Below the pieces are notes generated by a model, which saw only the letters and a program-made list of their open reading frames with translations, was not told the DNA's origin and did no database searches. Both the position numbers and the translations under genes were made by a program. From Chloroflexota bacterium (GTDB lineage Bacteria; Chloroflexota; Dormibacteria; CF-121), in contig VBDY01000129.1 of NCBI GenBank assembly GCA_005882775.1, positions 1-59,319 on the forward strand: a stretch of DNA of 59,319 bases. Reading direction: 5' to 3'. Below are positions 44,796 through 55,012 of this stretch, piece by piece. Within the stretch, counting starts at the first letter, position 1. Every line of letters begins with the position of its first letter.

Positions 44796-47700
44796 ATGGC
44801 TGACGAGCGACGGGTTGTCACCGTCCTCTTCGCGGACGTGACCGGCTCCACCGCCCTGGGCGAGGCGATGGATCCGGAAGACGTGCGCGCGCTGCTCAGC
44901 CGCTACTACACGATCGCGAAGGAAGTGGTGGCGGAGCATGGCGGCACGGTCGAGAAGTTCATCGGCGACGCCGTGATGGCTGTCTTCGGCCTGCCCCAGG
45001 CGCATGGCGATGATCCGCAACGCGCTCTTTCGGCCGCTATCGAGTTGCGCGACCAGGTGCGCAGCGATGCGCAGCTGGGAACCCGGTTACCGATCCGGGT
45101 GGGCGTCAACACAGGCGAAGTGGTCGCGGCTCGAGAGACCTCCAAGGGTGACTTCCTGGTCACGGGGGACACGGTCAACGTGGCCGCCCGGCTGCAGCAG
45201 GCGGCGGAGCCATGGATGATCGTGTGCGGCGAGCGGACCGCTCGCGATGCGCAGTCAACCTTCAAGTTCGGGGCTGCGATCGACGTCGACGCCCGGGGGA
45301 AGAGCCGGCCGATCCGTGCGCTTCCGGTTCTCGCCCGGGCCGGACGTCCGGCGCCCGCGCCCCGGCTTCCGCTGATCGGTCGGGGACCGGACCTGGACCA
45401 GATCGAGCTGGTGGCTCGCCGCGCCTTCAGCGAGCAGCGTCCCTTCCTGGTCAGCATCATCGCTCCCGCCGGCGTGGGGAAGACCCGGCTGCTGGAGGAA
45501 TTTCTAGATCGACTGCCGAGGCTCAACCAGCATGCCAACGTGGCGGTGGCCCAGTGTCTGCCATACGGGCAGCGGCTCACCTACTGGCCTCTGCGGGCCG
45601 TGCTCTTTCGGCTGATCGGAGTTGCTGACGACGCGACGGCGCCCACCGTGCGCGAGGCCATCCACCACTGGGTGCGCGACGCCGGAGCCGAGCAACCCGA
45701 CCGGCTCGCGGAGCTGCTGGGTGCAACCGTCGGTGTGGTTGGCGAATCGGAGTCGATGGACCGCACGGGCCTGCTCTCCGCCTGGCGCACCGCGCTCGAG
45801 CTCGCCTCCCGGAAGGCGCCCCTGGTCCTCGTGTTCGAGGACCTGCACTGGTCGAGCGACAGCCTGCTGGATCTCTTTGAGTTCGTGATGCAGCCGCGCG
45901 CGGAAACCCCACTGCTGATGATCGCGCTCACCCGGCCCGAGCTTCTCGACCGGCGGCCTGCCTGGGGCGGGGGCAAGCGAAACTACGTGTCGCTCTCCCT
46001 CGAGCCACTACAGGACCGCGACATAGCCCGGCTGGTGGCCCAGATGCTGGAGACCAGCGCCCGCGACGTCATCGACCGAGTCGTGCAGCGGGCCGAGGGC
46101 AACCCCTTCTTCGCTGGTGAGCTGGCCCGGGCGGTGGCGGAGCGGGGAACGCTCGAGACCCTCCCCGACACGGTGCAGGCCACAGTGCTGGCACGGCTGG
46201 ATCTCCTCGAACCCGCCGAGCGCCGGCTGCTGCAGCTGGGCGCCGTATTTGGCCGTTCCTTTCCACTGTCCGGGATCTCGGCGCTCGAACCGTCCCCCGA
46301 AGATGTCGAGACCGTTGCCGACCAGCTGGTGGCAAAGGACCTGGTGCGCGCGACCGGCCGCGACCAGTTCACATTCCGGCACATCCTGATCCGCGAGGTC
46401 GCCTACCAGACGCTGACTCGCGGCGGTCGCGCCCGCTATCACGCCGCCGCCGCCGCCTGGCTCGAGGAACGTGCGGCCGAACGTGAGGATGCCCTGGCCG
46501 AACTGATCGCGTACCACTATCGGGAGGCGGCCGCCCTTTCGACATCGCTGGCGGCTGGTCCCGGGGCCGCCATTGAGGTCAAGCAGAAGGCGGTCGAATG
46601 GCTGGCGCGGGCCGGCGAGGTGGCCGCGGCTGCGGCAGCATCGATCGAAGCCTCGCGGCACCTGCGCAGCGCGATCGAGCTGGCGGCGGAGGAGCAGCTT
46701 CCGGAGCTTTACGAACGCCTGGGGGACATCGTGGAATCGGGCGAGGCGTCCGCCGAGGCCTACCGGACCGCGCTGCGGCTGGCCCGGCAGTGCGGGCGAC
46801 CGGCAGTCCAGCAGCTGCGGGTGATGGCAGGACTGCTGAGCGTGTCGATGCGCGCGCAGGGCTCGGTCGCGAGCAGGATGTCGCAGGAGGAGATGGCCCA
46901 GCTCCGGTCGGAGGCCGCCTCGACGGCGAAATCCGTCACCGATGAACGGATCCTGGCGCGTTACCTGGCCGCGGACGCGTTCTATCCCTTCTGGCGCTTT
47001 GGGAACGCGAACCCTGACGAAATCTCGGCGGCGGATCGCAGCGCCCGCCGGGCGATCGAGATCGGCGAGCGACTCGACGACGCCAACCTGCAGAGCGCGG
47101 CTCTGGATGCCCTGTCCGGCAACGCCGGCGTCCGCGGTGCCTGGCGCGAGTCGCGTGAGCTATCTCGTCGGCGCCTGACCCTGGTCGATCGCCTGAACAT
47201 GACGGAGAAAGAGGACGCCCACTCCATGGTGGCATGGGGGTCGATCATCCTAGGCGACCTGGTTGACGCCGAGCGGGTAACCGCGGCGGGGCTCGCCTAC
47301 GTGCAACCGGGACAGATCCCCGGCTGGACCATGCACTTGGTCGCCTGGCGGATCTGCGCACTGAACCTCCTCGGACGCTGGGACGAAGCCCTGACCATGG
47401 GGGAGCGGGCTCGCCAGCTCTGGATCGAGTCGGGGCGGATCTCGGCCGGATACGCTGTCCGTGGATTCATGGCGGTCATCGACATCGCCCGCGCCCGGCA
47501 GGATCCCCAGCTGCTCGAAGACAACCGGGCGATCATCGATGAGATCGTTGTCCCGTTCCCGGCGGACAGCCACTTCAAACGGCTTGCCGCGTGGAGCGCA
47601 GGGGATCTGGATACCGTGAGCCGAGACCTGGCGAAATATCCCACCGGCGCCTTCGCGCCGCCCGAACGCGCCGAGCGTGCCATCAATCTGTGCCTCGACC

Positions 47701-48005
47701 AGGGGCGGCTGCCGGACAGGGAGGTCCTGCTCCGAATCGTGGAATTCGCGCAAGCCCATGAGTACCGGCTCCTCGAAGCCCAGGCCCGCCGCGGCCTCGG
47801 ACTCATCGATCACGACGAGGGGCAGTTCGCCCGCGCGTTGATTTTGCTGGAGGCGTGCGGCGCCGTGCCGGGCGTCGCCAGAGTCAAAGCCGAGCACGCG
47901 CTGCTCACGCGTAATCGCGAGTCCTTTGAGAAGGCGCTGGACGTGCTCGAGCACCTCGGCGACCTGGACCAGCTCCAGCGGTACGAAACCATTCCGGTCG
48001 GGTGA
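44796..48005 (+). CDS. Class III adenylate/guanylate cyclase fused to AAA/STAND ATPase and helical repeats
   Basis: VLFADVTGST, EKFIGDAVM, GDTVNVAARL; APAGVGKT, FEDLHW, GNPFF, FRHILIREVAY. Confidence 0.92.
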   Translation: MADERRVVTVLFADVTGSTALGEAMDPEDVRALLSRYYTIAKEVVAEHGGTVEKFIGDAVMAVFGLPQAHGDDPQRALSAAIELRDQVRSDAQLGTRLPIRVGVNTGEVVAARETSKGDFLVTGDTVNVAARLQQAAEPWMIVCGERTARDAQSTFKFGAAIDVDARGKSRPIRALPVLARAGRPAPAPRLPLIGRGPDLDQIELVARRAFSEQRPFLVSIIAPAGVGKTRLLEEFLDRLPRLNQHANVAVAQCLPYGQRLTYWPLRAVLFRLIGVADDATAPTVREAIHHWVRDAGAEQPDRLAELLGATVGVVGESESMDRTGLLSAWRTALELASRKAPLVLVFEDLHWSSDSLLDLFEFVMQPRAETPLLMIALTRPELLDRRPAWGGGKRNYVSLSLEPLQDRDIARLVAQMLETSARDVIDRVVQRAEGNPFFAGELARAVAERGTLETLPDTVQATVLARLDLLEPAERRLLQLGAVFGRSFPLSGISALEPSPEDVETVADQLVAKDLVRATGRDQFTFRHILIREVAYQTLTRGGRARYHAAAAAWLEERAAEREDALAELIAYHYREAAALSTSLAAGPGAAIEVKQKAVEWLARAGEVAAAAAASIEASRHLRSAIELAAEEQLPELYERLGDIVESGEASAEAYRTALRLARQCGRPAVQQLRVMAGLLSVSMRAQGSVASRMSQEEMAQLRSEAASTAKSVTDERILARYLAADAFYPFWRFGNANPDEISAADRSARRAIEIGERLDDANLQSAALDALSGNAGVRGAWRESRELSRRRLTLVDRLNMTEKEDAHSMVAWGSIILGDLVDAERVTAAGLAYVQPGQIPGWTMHLVAWRICALNLLGRWDEALTMGERARQLWIESGRISAGYAVRGFMAVIDIARARQDPQLLEDNRAIIDEIVVPFPADSHFKRLAAWSAGDLDTVSRDLAKYPTGAFAPPERAERAINLCLDQGRLPDREVLLRIVEFAQAHEYRLLEAQARRGLGLIDHDEGQFARALILLEACGAVPGVARVKAEHALLTRNRESFEKALDVLEHLGDLDQLQRYETIPVG

Positions 48006-49180
48006 GCGTGGCCCATCCAGACACCATTGCCGTGCACGCCGGAGAGCCACCCTCGGACGGGCAGGACCCGCCGGTCACGCCGCCGATCACGCTGAGCTCG
48101 GCGGCGGGGTACCCCGACCTGGAAACCATCGAGGCCGCCATGGTGGCCCACCGCGGCTACGGCCGCTGGGGCACCGATAACCACCGCCAGCTCGAGGCCG
48201 CCGTCGCCGCCCTGGAATCGTTCGAGGTCGGCGGCAAGGTCGAGGCCCTGGCGGTGGCCTCGGGCATGGCGGCCATCGGCATCGCCATCCTGACCGAAGC
48301 GAATGCGGGCGACCACGTGGTGGCGGCGAACGACTGCTACGGGACGACCCTGACTTTCTTGCGCGACGACCTGCCCAGGTTTGGCATCACGGCGAGCTTC
48401 GTCGACGTCCAGGACCTGGAGCAGGTGCGCAGCGCCATGACGGAGCGAACCCGGGTGGTCATCTGCGAGATCTGCACCAATCCCCTGATCCGCGTCCCCG
48501 ACCTGCAGGGGCTGGCGTCGGTGGTCCACCAGGCGGGCGCGCTTCTTGTGGCGGACAACACCATCCCCACCCCGGCGCTGTTTCGCCCCTTCGGCGCTGG
48601 GGCTGACGTCGTGGTTCACAGCGCCACCAAGAACCTGAGTGGCCACGCCGATGTGATTGGCGGGATTGTCCTCGGCCGGCCGGCCTGGATCGAGGGGGCC
48701 CGGGCGCTGGTGCGGACCTTCGGACCAAGCCTGGGTGCATTCGATGCCTGGCTGACCCTGCGCGGTATCAGGACGCTTGCGGTCCGGATGGAACGGCACG
48801 CATCAAATGCGCTCGCGCTTGCCGGTTTCCTGGAGCGCCACGCCGCCGTCCAGCGGGTCCACTATCCGATGCTGGAGAGCAGCCCTTTCTACGAGCGGAC
48901 GCGCCGGATGATGCCGTCCGGGGCCGGGGCCCTGCTTTCATTCGAGCTCCGGGGCGGGCGGCCGGCCGTCGACCGGCTGGTCAAGCGGCTCAAGCTGATC
49001 AGGTTGATGCCCAGCCTGGGCAACGTGAGCACGACCATCAGCTACCCGGTCGCGACCTCACATCGCGGGCTTGCGCCGGACGAGCTTCTCCGCGCCGGGA
49101 TCACGCCCGGTCTGGTCCGTTGCTCGGCCGGCCTGGAGCGGATCGATGACCTGGTCTCCGACCTGGAGGCCGCGCTCTGA
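48002..49180 (+). CDS. PLP-dependent transsulfuration enzyme (cystathionine gamma-synthase/lyase family)
   Basis: SGMAAI, YGTT, TNP, DNT, HSATKNLSGH, SLG. Confidence 0.9.
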   Translation: MSVAHPDTIAVHAGEPPSDGQDPPVTPPITLSSAAGYPDLETIEAAMVAHRGYGRWGTDNHRQLEAAVAALESFEVGGKVEALAVASGMAAIGIAILTEANAGDHVVAANDCYGTTLTFLRDDLPRFGITASFVDVQDLEQVRSAMTERTRVVICEICTNPLIRVPDLQGLASVVHQAGALLVADNTIPTPALFRPFGAGADVVVHSATKNLSGHADVIGGIVLGRPAWIEGARALVRTFGPSLGAFDAWLTLRGIRTLAVRMERHASNALALAGFLERHAAVQRVHYPMLESSPFYERTRRMMPSGAGALLSFELRGGRPAVDRLVKRLKLIRLMPSLGNVSTTISYPVATSHRGLAPDELLRAGITPGLVRCSAGLERIDDLVSDLEAAL

Positions 49181-49206
49181 GCAAGTACGCCAGGCCGGGG
49201 TGGATC

Positions 49207-49584
49207 GTGGCTCACCTTTACAATCCGCTGCTGCTCCGCTTCAGGCGAGCACCAGGCCTGGCCGTGCGCGGCCGCCAGAGCGGAGAGTGGCACGTGGTCC
49301 CGGTCTGGCCGCTCGAGCTCGAGGGCGAGCGGTACCTGGTGGCGCCCCGCGGGGAAACCCACTGGGTCCGCAACCTCCGGGTGACGGGTGAGGGCGAGCT
49401 CCGCTGGGGCTCGCGGGCCGAGCCCTTCACGGCGACCGAGATCCCGCCGGGTCATCGGGGCAGGTTCGTGGACGCCTATCTGCGCGCGTATGGCAAGCGT
49501 TATGGCGGCTACGTCGGCAGGGAGTTCGCCGAGATGCCTGATCCGGCGGACCATCCCGTCTTCCGGATCAGCAGCAAGACCTGA
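49207..49584 (+). CDS. Nitroreductase family deazaflavin-dependent oxidoreductase (DUF385-like)
   Basis: VRGRQSG, YLVAPRGETHWVRNLR, HPVFRI. Confidence 0.82.
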   Translation: MAHLYNPLLLRFRRAPGLAVRGRQSGEWHVVPVWPLELEGERYLVAPRGETHWVRNLRVTGEGELRWGSRAEPFTATEIPPGHRGRFVDAYLRAYGKRYGGYVGREFAEMPDPADHPVFRISSKT

Positions 49585-49630
49585 CTCGAATTTCCGGCTA
49601 ACGAAAACGGGTCGATAGAATCATTGGTCT

Positions 49631-50569
49631 ATGCCCGATCGAGCTCTCTCCGTCGTGGAGAACCTTCCCGACCAGTCGATCCTGCAGCGGATCGGAAACA
49701 CGCCGCTGATCCGGATCCGCCACCTGGAGAAGGAGTTCCGGCACGTCACCTTCTACGCCAAGGCCGAATGGTTCAACCCGGGCGGCTCGGTCAAGGACCG
49801 GCCGGCGCTTCGGATGATCGAGGAGGCCGAGCGGACCGGCGAGCTGACGGTGGAGAAGATAATCCTGGATTCCACCTCGGGCAACACCGGGATCGCGTAC
49901 GCGCTGATCGGCGCCGCCAAGGGCTATCGGGTCAAGCTGGTGATGCCGGAGAACGTCAACGAGGAACGCCGCGAAATCGTCAAGGCGTTCGGTGCGGAGG
50001 TGATCTTCACCCCGGCGCTCGAGGGCTCTGACGGGGCGATCCGCGAAGCGCGGCGCCTGCACCTCGAGTCTCCCGGTGTTTACTTCATGCCCGACCAGTA
50101 CAACAACCCCTTCAACTGGCGCGCCCATTTCGACGGGACCGGCCCCGAGATCCTCGACCAGACGCACGGCGAGGTGAGCCACTTCGTCGCCGGCATGGGC
50201 ACCAGCGGCACCCTGATGGGAGCCGGGCGGTTCCTCAAGCGGCACAATCGCGAGATCCGGGTGATCGCGGCCGAGCCCGACGACGCCCTTCACGGACTCG
50301 AGGGGCTCAAGCACATGGCCAGCTCCATCGTCCCCGGGATCTACGACCCGAGCGTGCACGACGAGAAGGTGAGTGTGCCGACCGAGGCCGCCTATGAGCT
50401 GGCGCATGACCTCGCCCGCTCCGAGGGTCTGCTGGTGGGCAACTCTTCGGGCGCGGCTGTCTATGCCGCCCGGCAGGTGGCGCGGGAGATCTCGGAAGGC
50501 GTGGTCGTCATGGTGTTTCCGGACGGCGGCGACCGCTACCTGAGCTCGGGCCTCTACCGCCGCAAGTAG
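49631..50569 (+). CDS. cysM: Cysteine synthase family protein (CysM-like)
   Basis: IGNTPL, NPGGSVKDR, TSGNTG, GMGTSGT, SSGA, DGGDRYLS. Confidence 0.85.
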   Translation: MPDRALSVVENLPDQSILQRIGNTPLIRIRHLEKEFRHVTFYAKAEWFNPGGSVKDRPALRMIEEAERTGELTVEKIILDSTSGNTGIAYALIGAAKGYRVKLVMPENVNEERREIVKAFGAEVIFTPALEGSDGAIREARRLHLESPGVYFMPDQYNNPFNWRAHFDGTGPEILDQTHGEVSHFVAGMGTSGTLMGAGRFLKRHNREIRVIAAEPDDALHGLEGLKHMASSIVPGIYDPSVHDEKVSVPTEAAYELAHDLARSEGLLVGNSSGAAVYAARQVAREISEGVVVMVFPDGGDRYLSSGLYRRK

Positions 50570-50592
50570 GGCTTGGCGGGGACGGCGCGCGC

Positions 50593-51015
50593 GTGAGCCT
50601 GCACATCCCGCAGACCGTCATGGCTGCGGTGCGTTCCCACCTGGAGGCGGGCTATCCCAACGAGGCCTGCGGCGCCCTGGTCGGCCGCTCGCAGGACGAG
50701 GACTACCGGGTGGTCGAGTTCCACCCCATGCGCAACACGGTGGCCGACCGGCCCTGGGACCGCTACACCCTCGATCCGCTGGAGCAGCTGCGCGTTCAGA
50801 AGGATGCGGAGTCCCGAGGCCTGGAGATCATTGGCTTCGTCCACAGCCACCCCGACCACCCGCCGGTTCCCTCGGTGTTCGACACCGAGCATGCCTGGCC
50901 TTTCTACAGCTACGTGGTGGCTTCGGTCAGCCGCGGCAGCCTGATAGAGGCGCGGTCATGGCGGCTGGACGAGGCAGCCCATCAATTTCGGGAGCAGCCG
51001 CTGGACAGGGACTGA
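50593..51015 (+). CDS. M67/JAB (Mec-like) metallopeptidase
   Basis: YPNEACG and HSHPDHPPVPSVFD JAMM motif. Confidence 0.9.
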   Translation: MSLHIPQTVMAAVRSHLEAGYPNEACGALVGRSQDEDYRVVEFHPMRNTVADRPWDRYTLDPLEQLRVQKDAESRGLEIIGFVHSHPDHPPVPSVFDTEHAWPFYSYVVASVSRGSLIEARSWRLDEAAHQFREQPLDRD

Positions 51016-51022
51016 ACGTGGG

Positions 51023-51967
51023 TCAGGCGACGCCCTGGTTCTCGGTTCGAGCCCGGGCGGCAGCCGGGGTCGTCCCGCGACGGCTGGTCAGGAACACCCC
51101 GGAGAGGATGATCAGCATCCCGGCCAGCATCGGAAGCGTGACCGACTCGTGCAGGATGCTGACCCCCCAGATCAGGGCGGTCACAGGCAGCAGAAAGGTG
51201 ACGGTCGTGGCCCGGGTCGCGCCCAGCGTATTGAGCATGTAGTAGTAGAGGAGATAGGCAACCCCCGACCCGAAGATCCCTAACGCCAGGACCGACGCCA
51301 GGGAGGCGAGGTGGAGGTGGGTGGTCGCGAGCGATGGAACCGCCAGCGGCAGGCTCAGAGCGCTGGCCGTCGCCAGCTGCCAGAATCCTGCCAGCACCGG
51401 GCTCACACCGCGCAGCCTTCGCCGCTGAAAAAGCGCCGCCACCGAGTAGCTCGCCGCCGCGCCGATCACGGCCAGCGTTCCCAGCGTGGTCACCCGCAGC
51501 GGCTGGCCGTAGAGCTGGGGCGCGAGCAGCACCACCGTGCCCGCCAGGCCGATGGCGACCCCCAAATAATTGAGCGGGCTCGGGCGTTCGGCCGGCGTCA
51601 CCCAGTAGGCGAAGATCGCCGTCCACAGCGGGGTGGTGGCGTTGATGATGCTGGCCAGTGCGCTGCTGATGTAGAGCTCGCCGAAGGCAAAGCCGGCCCA
51701 GGGGAGCAGGCTGCCGAACACGCCCATCACCAGGTACGTGGGCAGCCGCCTGCCGGTGCCGGCAGGAACTGGGCTCTTGCGGGTGGCGGCGAATACCAGC
51801 CCGAGCGTGAGCAAGCCGCTCATCGAGCGAGTCAGCACCAGCATGGCGGCGCTCATGTCCTCGTCCGCGACTTTGATGAAGAGAAACGAGGCGCCCCAGA
51901 TCAGCGCCAGCAGGCCGAGCGCCAGGTAGGGGAGGAGCAGCGACCCGGGCTGAGGCCGGCGCATCAA
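51023..51967 (-). CDS. EamA/DMT family transporter
   Basis: IWGASFLFIK, about 10 TM segments, L.E at both repeat ends. Confidence 0.9.
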   Translation of the reverse strand: MMRRPQPGSLLLPYLALGLLALIWGASFLFIKVADEDMSAAMLVLTRSMSGLLTLGLVFAATRKSPVPAGTGRRLPTYLVMGVFGSLLPWAGFAFGELYISSALASIINATTPLWTAIFAYWVTPAERPSPLNYLGVAIGLAGTVVLLAPQLYGQPLRVTTLGTLAVIGAAASYSVAALFQRRRLRGVSPVLAGFWQLATASALSLPLAVPSLATTHLHLASLASVLALGIFGSGVAYLLYYYMLNTLGATRATTVTFLLPVTALIWGVSILHESVTLPMLAGMLIILSGVFLTSRRGTTPAAARARTENQGVA

Positions 51968-53820
51968 CCCTCGTTGGGGACCGGGGCGCGGTGTCGGGCC
52001 AGGAAATATTCCGGCACCGAGTTCATGGGCGGCCTTTCCTGGTCTTCGATCTCCTTCTGTTCGATCCAGTAGCGCTCGTCCTCATAGTGGATCAGCTTCA
52101 TCGTCTTGTTCACCTCTTCCACCAGGTGGATCCGGTGGCGGTCACCGAGGTGCTTGAGGCCGACCTGGATGATGGCGAACGCCATCTTGGATAGGTCGAA
52201 CAGGGTCTGGTTGCGGTGGACCCGCATCCCCAGGTCGACCTGCGCGATGGAGCGCAGGCCGTATGCCTCGGAGATGGCAAGCAACAGGCCGAGCTCCACG
52301 CCGTACCCGGTAAAGAAGGGCACGCTCTCCAGCACGCTGCGCCGTCCCGCATACTCGCCCGAGAGCGGCTGTACCAGGCCGGATAGCTCCGGGAAAAAGA
52401 GATTTAACAGCGGCCGGGCGGCGAGCTCGGTGACCCGGCCACCGCCCTGCGCCATCAGCTCCGCCCCGTACTTCAATGGCCGCCGGTAAAACCCCTTGAC
52501 GTAGTGAATCTGCGGGTCGGTCAGCAGCGGCCCCAGCAACCCGTAGACGAACTTGGGGGCGATGTTGCTGATATCCGTGTCGACCCAGCAAATCAGATCG
52601 CCCTTGAGCATGTACAGGCTCTTCCAGAGCGCCTCGCCCTTGCCCTGGAAGGCGCCGTAGCGAGCCAGGATGTCGCCGTGCTGGACCACGGTCACCCCGG
52701 CGCGCTCGGCGATCGAGCCGGTCCGGTCCGAGGATCCAGAATCGATCACCACGATCTCGTCGAGCAAGGGGATCCGGTCCATCAGGGCGTTTTTGAAGGT
52801 GCGAACGACCTTGCCAATGGTGGCCTGCTCGTTGAGGGTTGGAAGTCCAAGGCTGATCGTCACCCCCTGCCGCTGCTTGAGGTCAACCAGCCGGCGGAGG
52901 TCGGAGAACTCCTTGCTGTGGAAGGTGTTCTCGGCGAACCAGCGGTCGACCCGCTCGGCGGCCGCCGCCCGGCTCTCGACCCGGAAGGGTCGCTCCGGAT
53001 CCGGGATGGCGGTCACCGGGCCGGCGGCTTTCACCACCATCACCCCGGCCGGCAACCGGCGAAGGAGCCGGGCGACCGGCGCCCCCAGGACCATCGGCCT
53101 GTGCATCAGGCTGAGCGTGGCGCCGAGCATGACCAGCTGGTGGTTTTGAGCTTCGCGAATGATCGCCTCCCGGACGGAGGCGCTGAACACGGTGAGCTTG
53201 CGGACGGGCACGTCGACTCGGGCGGAGAGTTTGAGGAATGCGGCTTCCTCCCGCTCCCTGGACTCGGCGGAGATGCGCGGGCTGAACACGTGGAGGACGC
53301 AGAGCGCGGCGCCGGTCGCCTTGCAGACGCTGCTGGCCAGCCGAAGCGCCAGCTCCGCGTTCGGTCCGCCGCGCACCGGTACCAGCACGCTGCGGATCTC
53401 GGCCTGGTCGGGTCGGACCAGGGCGACGTCGCACGGCGGGTCGACCAGCAGGTCCTCGACGGCGTGAGGCCAGAGCCCGTTGCGCTCGCTCCGGCCGGCA
53501 CCCGCCTCGAGCGCCAGCAGGTTGGTGTCAGTCTCGAAAACCGCCTCTCGGATTCCCTGCGCCGCCACGTGCGCGATTCGCACCTGGCCCCGCAGCTCAC
53601 CAGGACCCCGCTCCGCCACCCGCGCGATTCGAGAGAGGAGCGCTCGGTAGGCGCGCGCCACCTCCACGCCCTCGCTAAGGGGTCGCTCGGGCGCCATCTC
53701 GATCACACCTAGCAGTGTGCCGCGCGAGTCTTCGGCGTTGAGAAAGGGCGCCATCGCAGCCAGCAGCGGCGCGCTGCGCGCCGGGTTGGTGGTTGGGATC
53801 AGTATCCGGTAGTGGCTCAC
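51964..53820 (-). CDS. gpgS: Glucosyl-3-phosphoglycerate synthase with N-terminal tandem USP-like domains
   Basis: USP-like RILIPT.. and SVLVPVRGGPNA..; GT-A part LPTLNE, DSGSSD, GKGEALWKSL, DTD, GGRVTEL, QPLSGEYA, GYGVE. Confidence 0.85.
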   Translation of the reverse strand: MSHYRILIPTTNPARSAPLLAAMAPFLNAEDSRGTLLGVIEMAPERPLSEGVEVARAYRALLSRIARVAERGPGELRGQVRIAHVAAQGIREAVFETDTNLLALEAGAGRSERNGLWPHAVEDLLVDPPCDVALVRPDQAEIRSVLVPVRGGPNAELALRLASSVCKATGAALCVLHVFSPRISAESREREEAAFLKLSARVDVPVRKLTVFSASVREAIIREAQNHQLVMLGATLSLMHRPMVLGAPVARLLRRLPAGVMVVKAAGPVTAIPDPERPFRVESRAAAAERVDRWFAENTFHSKEFSDLRRLVDLKQRQGVTISLGLPTLNEQATIGKVVRTFKNALMDRIPLLDEIVVIDSGSSDRTGSIAERAGVTVVQHGDILARYGAFQGKGEALWKSLYMLKGDLICWVDTDISNIAPKFVYGLLGPLLTDPQIHYVKGFYRRPLKYGAELMAQGGGRVTELAARPLLNLFFPELSGLVQPLSGEYAGRRSVLESVPFFTGYGVELGLLLAISEAYGLRSIAQVDLGMRVHRNQTLFDLSKMAFAIIQVGLKHLGDRHRIHLVEEVNKTMKLIHYEDERYWIEQKEIEDQERPPMNSVPEYFLARHRAPVPNEG

Positions 53821-55010
53821 GGCGCCTCGCTCAGGAGCGGCTCCAGCTGCTCACGGATGATCCGGTCCCAGGAATATTCGCGCAGCACCCGCCTTCGCAG
53901 CCCGGTGCCCGGGTCAGCGAGCGCTTCGAGCACGGCATCGGAGAAGGCCTTTGCTCCGGACTCGACCGGGACATATCGAACGCCCTCCGAAGCGATCTCC
54001 CGAAAGGCGGGAAGGTCGGTGCAGACGACGGGCACCCGGTAAAGGGCAGCCTCCGCCAGGGGAAGACCGAAGCCCTCGCCGCTGCTCGGCAGGGTGACCA
54101 CGTCACTGAGCATGTACAGGTCATACAGCGTCTGGGCATCGATGGGATAGTCGGCTGAGGCTGCCCGCCCGGTCTCCTCGAAGAGAAAGGTGACCTCTTC
54201 CTCGAGACCGAGACGCCGCCGCAGCTCGCGGAGCTCGCCGACGTAGTCCAGGGCCCGCGGGTTGTGCGGCCCGGGCGGTCCGGTGATGAGCAGCCGTACC
54301 CGGCGGCCGGATGCGCGGACGGCGGCGGCCGCCTCGATCGCCCACTCCAGGTTCTTACGCTTGGTGATTCGCACCGGCGCCAGCAGCAGGGCATCGACCC
54401 GGTCGAGTCCAAGCCGGTCGCTCAGGTCGCGGGTCGCGGGTCCCAGGCGGAGGACGCCGGCCGCGTCGATCCCGTTGGGGATGACCAGCGCGCTCTCTGC
54501 CGGAGCGCCGCTCAGCTGGAGCCATTGCTGGCGCCGCTGCTCCGAGACGCAAACGGTGCGGATCTTCGGGTTGTACTGCTTGAGCAGCGACCAGGGCGGA
54601 TTTGGCTGCAGGAGCGGCAGGTAGAGCGGATTCGCCCAGCTCAGGTCGTGGCACCAGGAGACGATTCGCGGGCCGCCCTCGCCTGCCGCCGTCCACAACG
54701 CCGCCGTCAGGGAGAGGTTGAAATGGAGGGTGAGGGCGTTGTGCACGATCAGTACGTCCAGGCTGCGCAGTTGTGGCTTCAGTCGCTCGAGCGTCAGGGA
54801 GTCACTTGACTGCTCGCGTTTGGAGTCGAGGTCGGGGATGATCACCAGCTGGACATTCGTCGGAGAGGGGAGGGGGCCGCCACGTCCGGCCAGGATGGTC
54901 ACCGGATAGCCGAGGGCGCTCAGGCGGGTGGCCTGCTCGTAGAGCACGGTCTCGACGCCGCCGATCACGGGCGGACACGTGTAGTGCAGCAGCCCGACCC
55001 GCGGGCGCAT
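53817..55010 (-). CDS. GT4 family glycosyltransferase
   Basis: IGGVE, HD, IPNGID, RITKRKN, PSSGEGFGLP..EA. Confidence 0.9.
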   Translation of the reverse strand: MRPRVGLLHYTCPPVIGGVETVLYEQATRLSALGYPVTILAGRGGPLPSPTNVQLVIIPDLDSKREQSSDSLTLERLKPQLRSLDVLIVHNALTLHFNLSLTAALWTAAGEGGPRIVSWCHDLSWANPLYLPLLQPNPPWSLLKQYNPKIRTVCVSEQRRQQWLQLSGAPAESALVIPNGIDAAGVLRLGPATRDLSDRLGLDRVDALLLAPVRITKRKNLEWAIEAAAAVRASGRRVRLLITGPPGPHNPRALDYVGELRELRRRLGLEEEVTFLFEETGRAASADYPIDAQTLYDLYMLSDVVTLPSSGEGFGLPLAEAALYRVPVVCTDLPAFREIASEGVRYVPVESGAKAFSDAVLEALADPGTGLRRRVLREYSWDRIIREQLEPLLSEAP

Positions 55011-55012
55011 CC

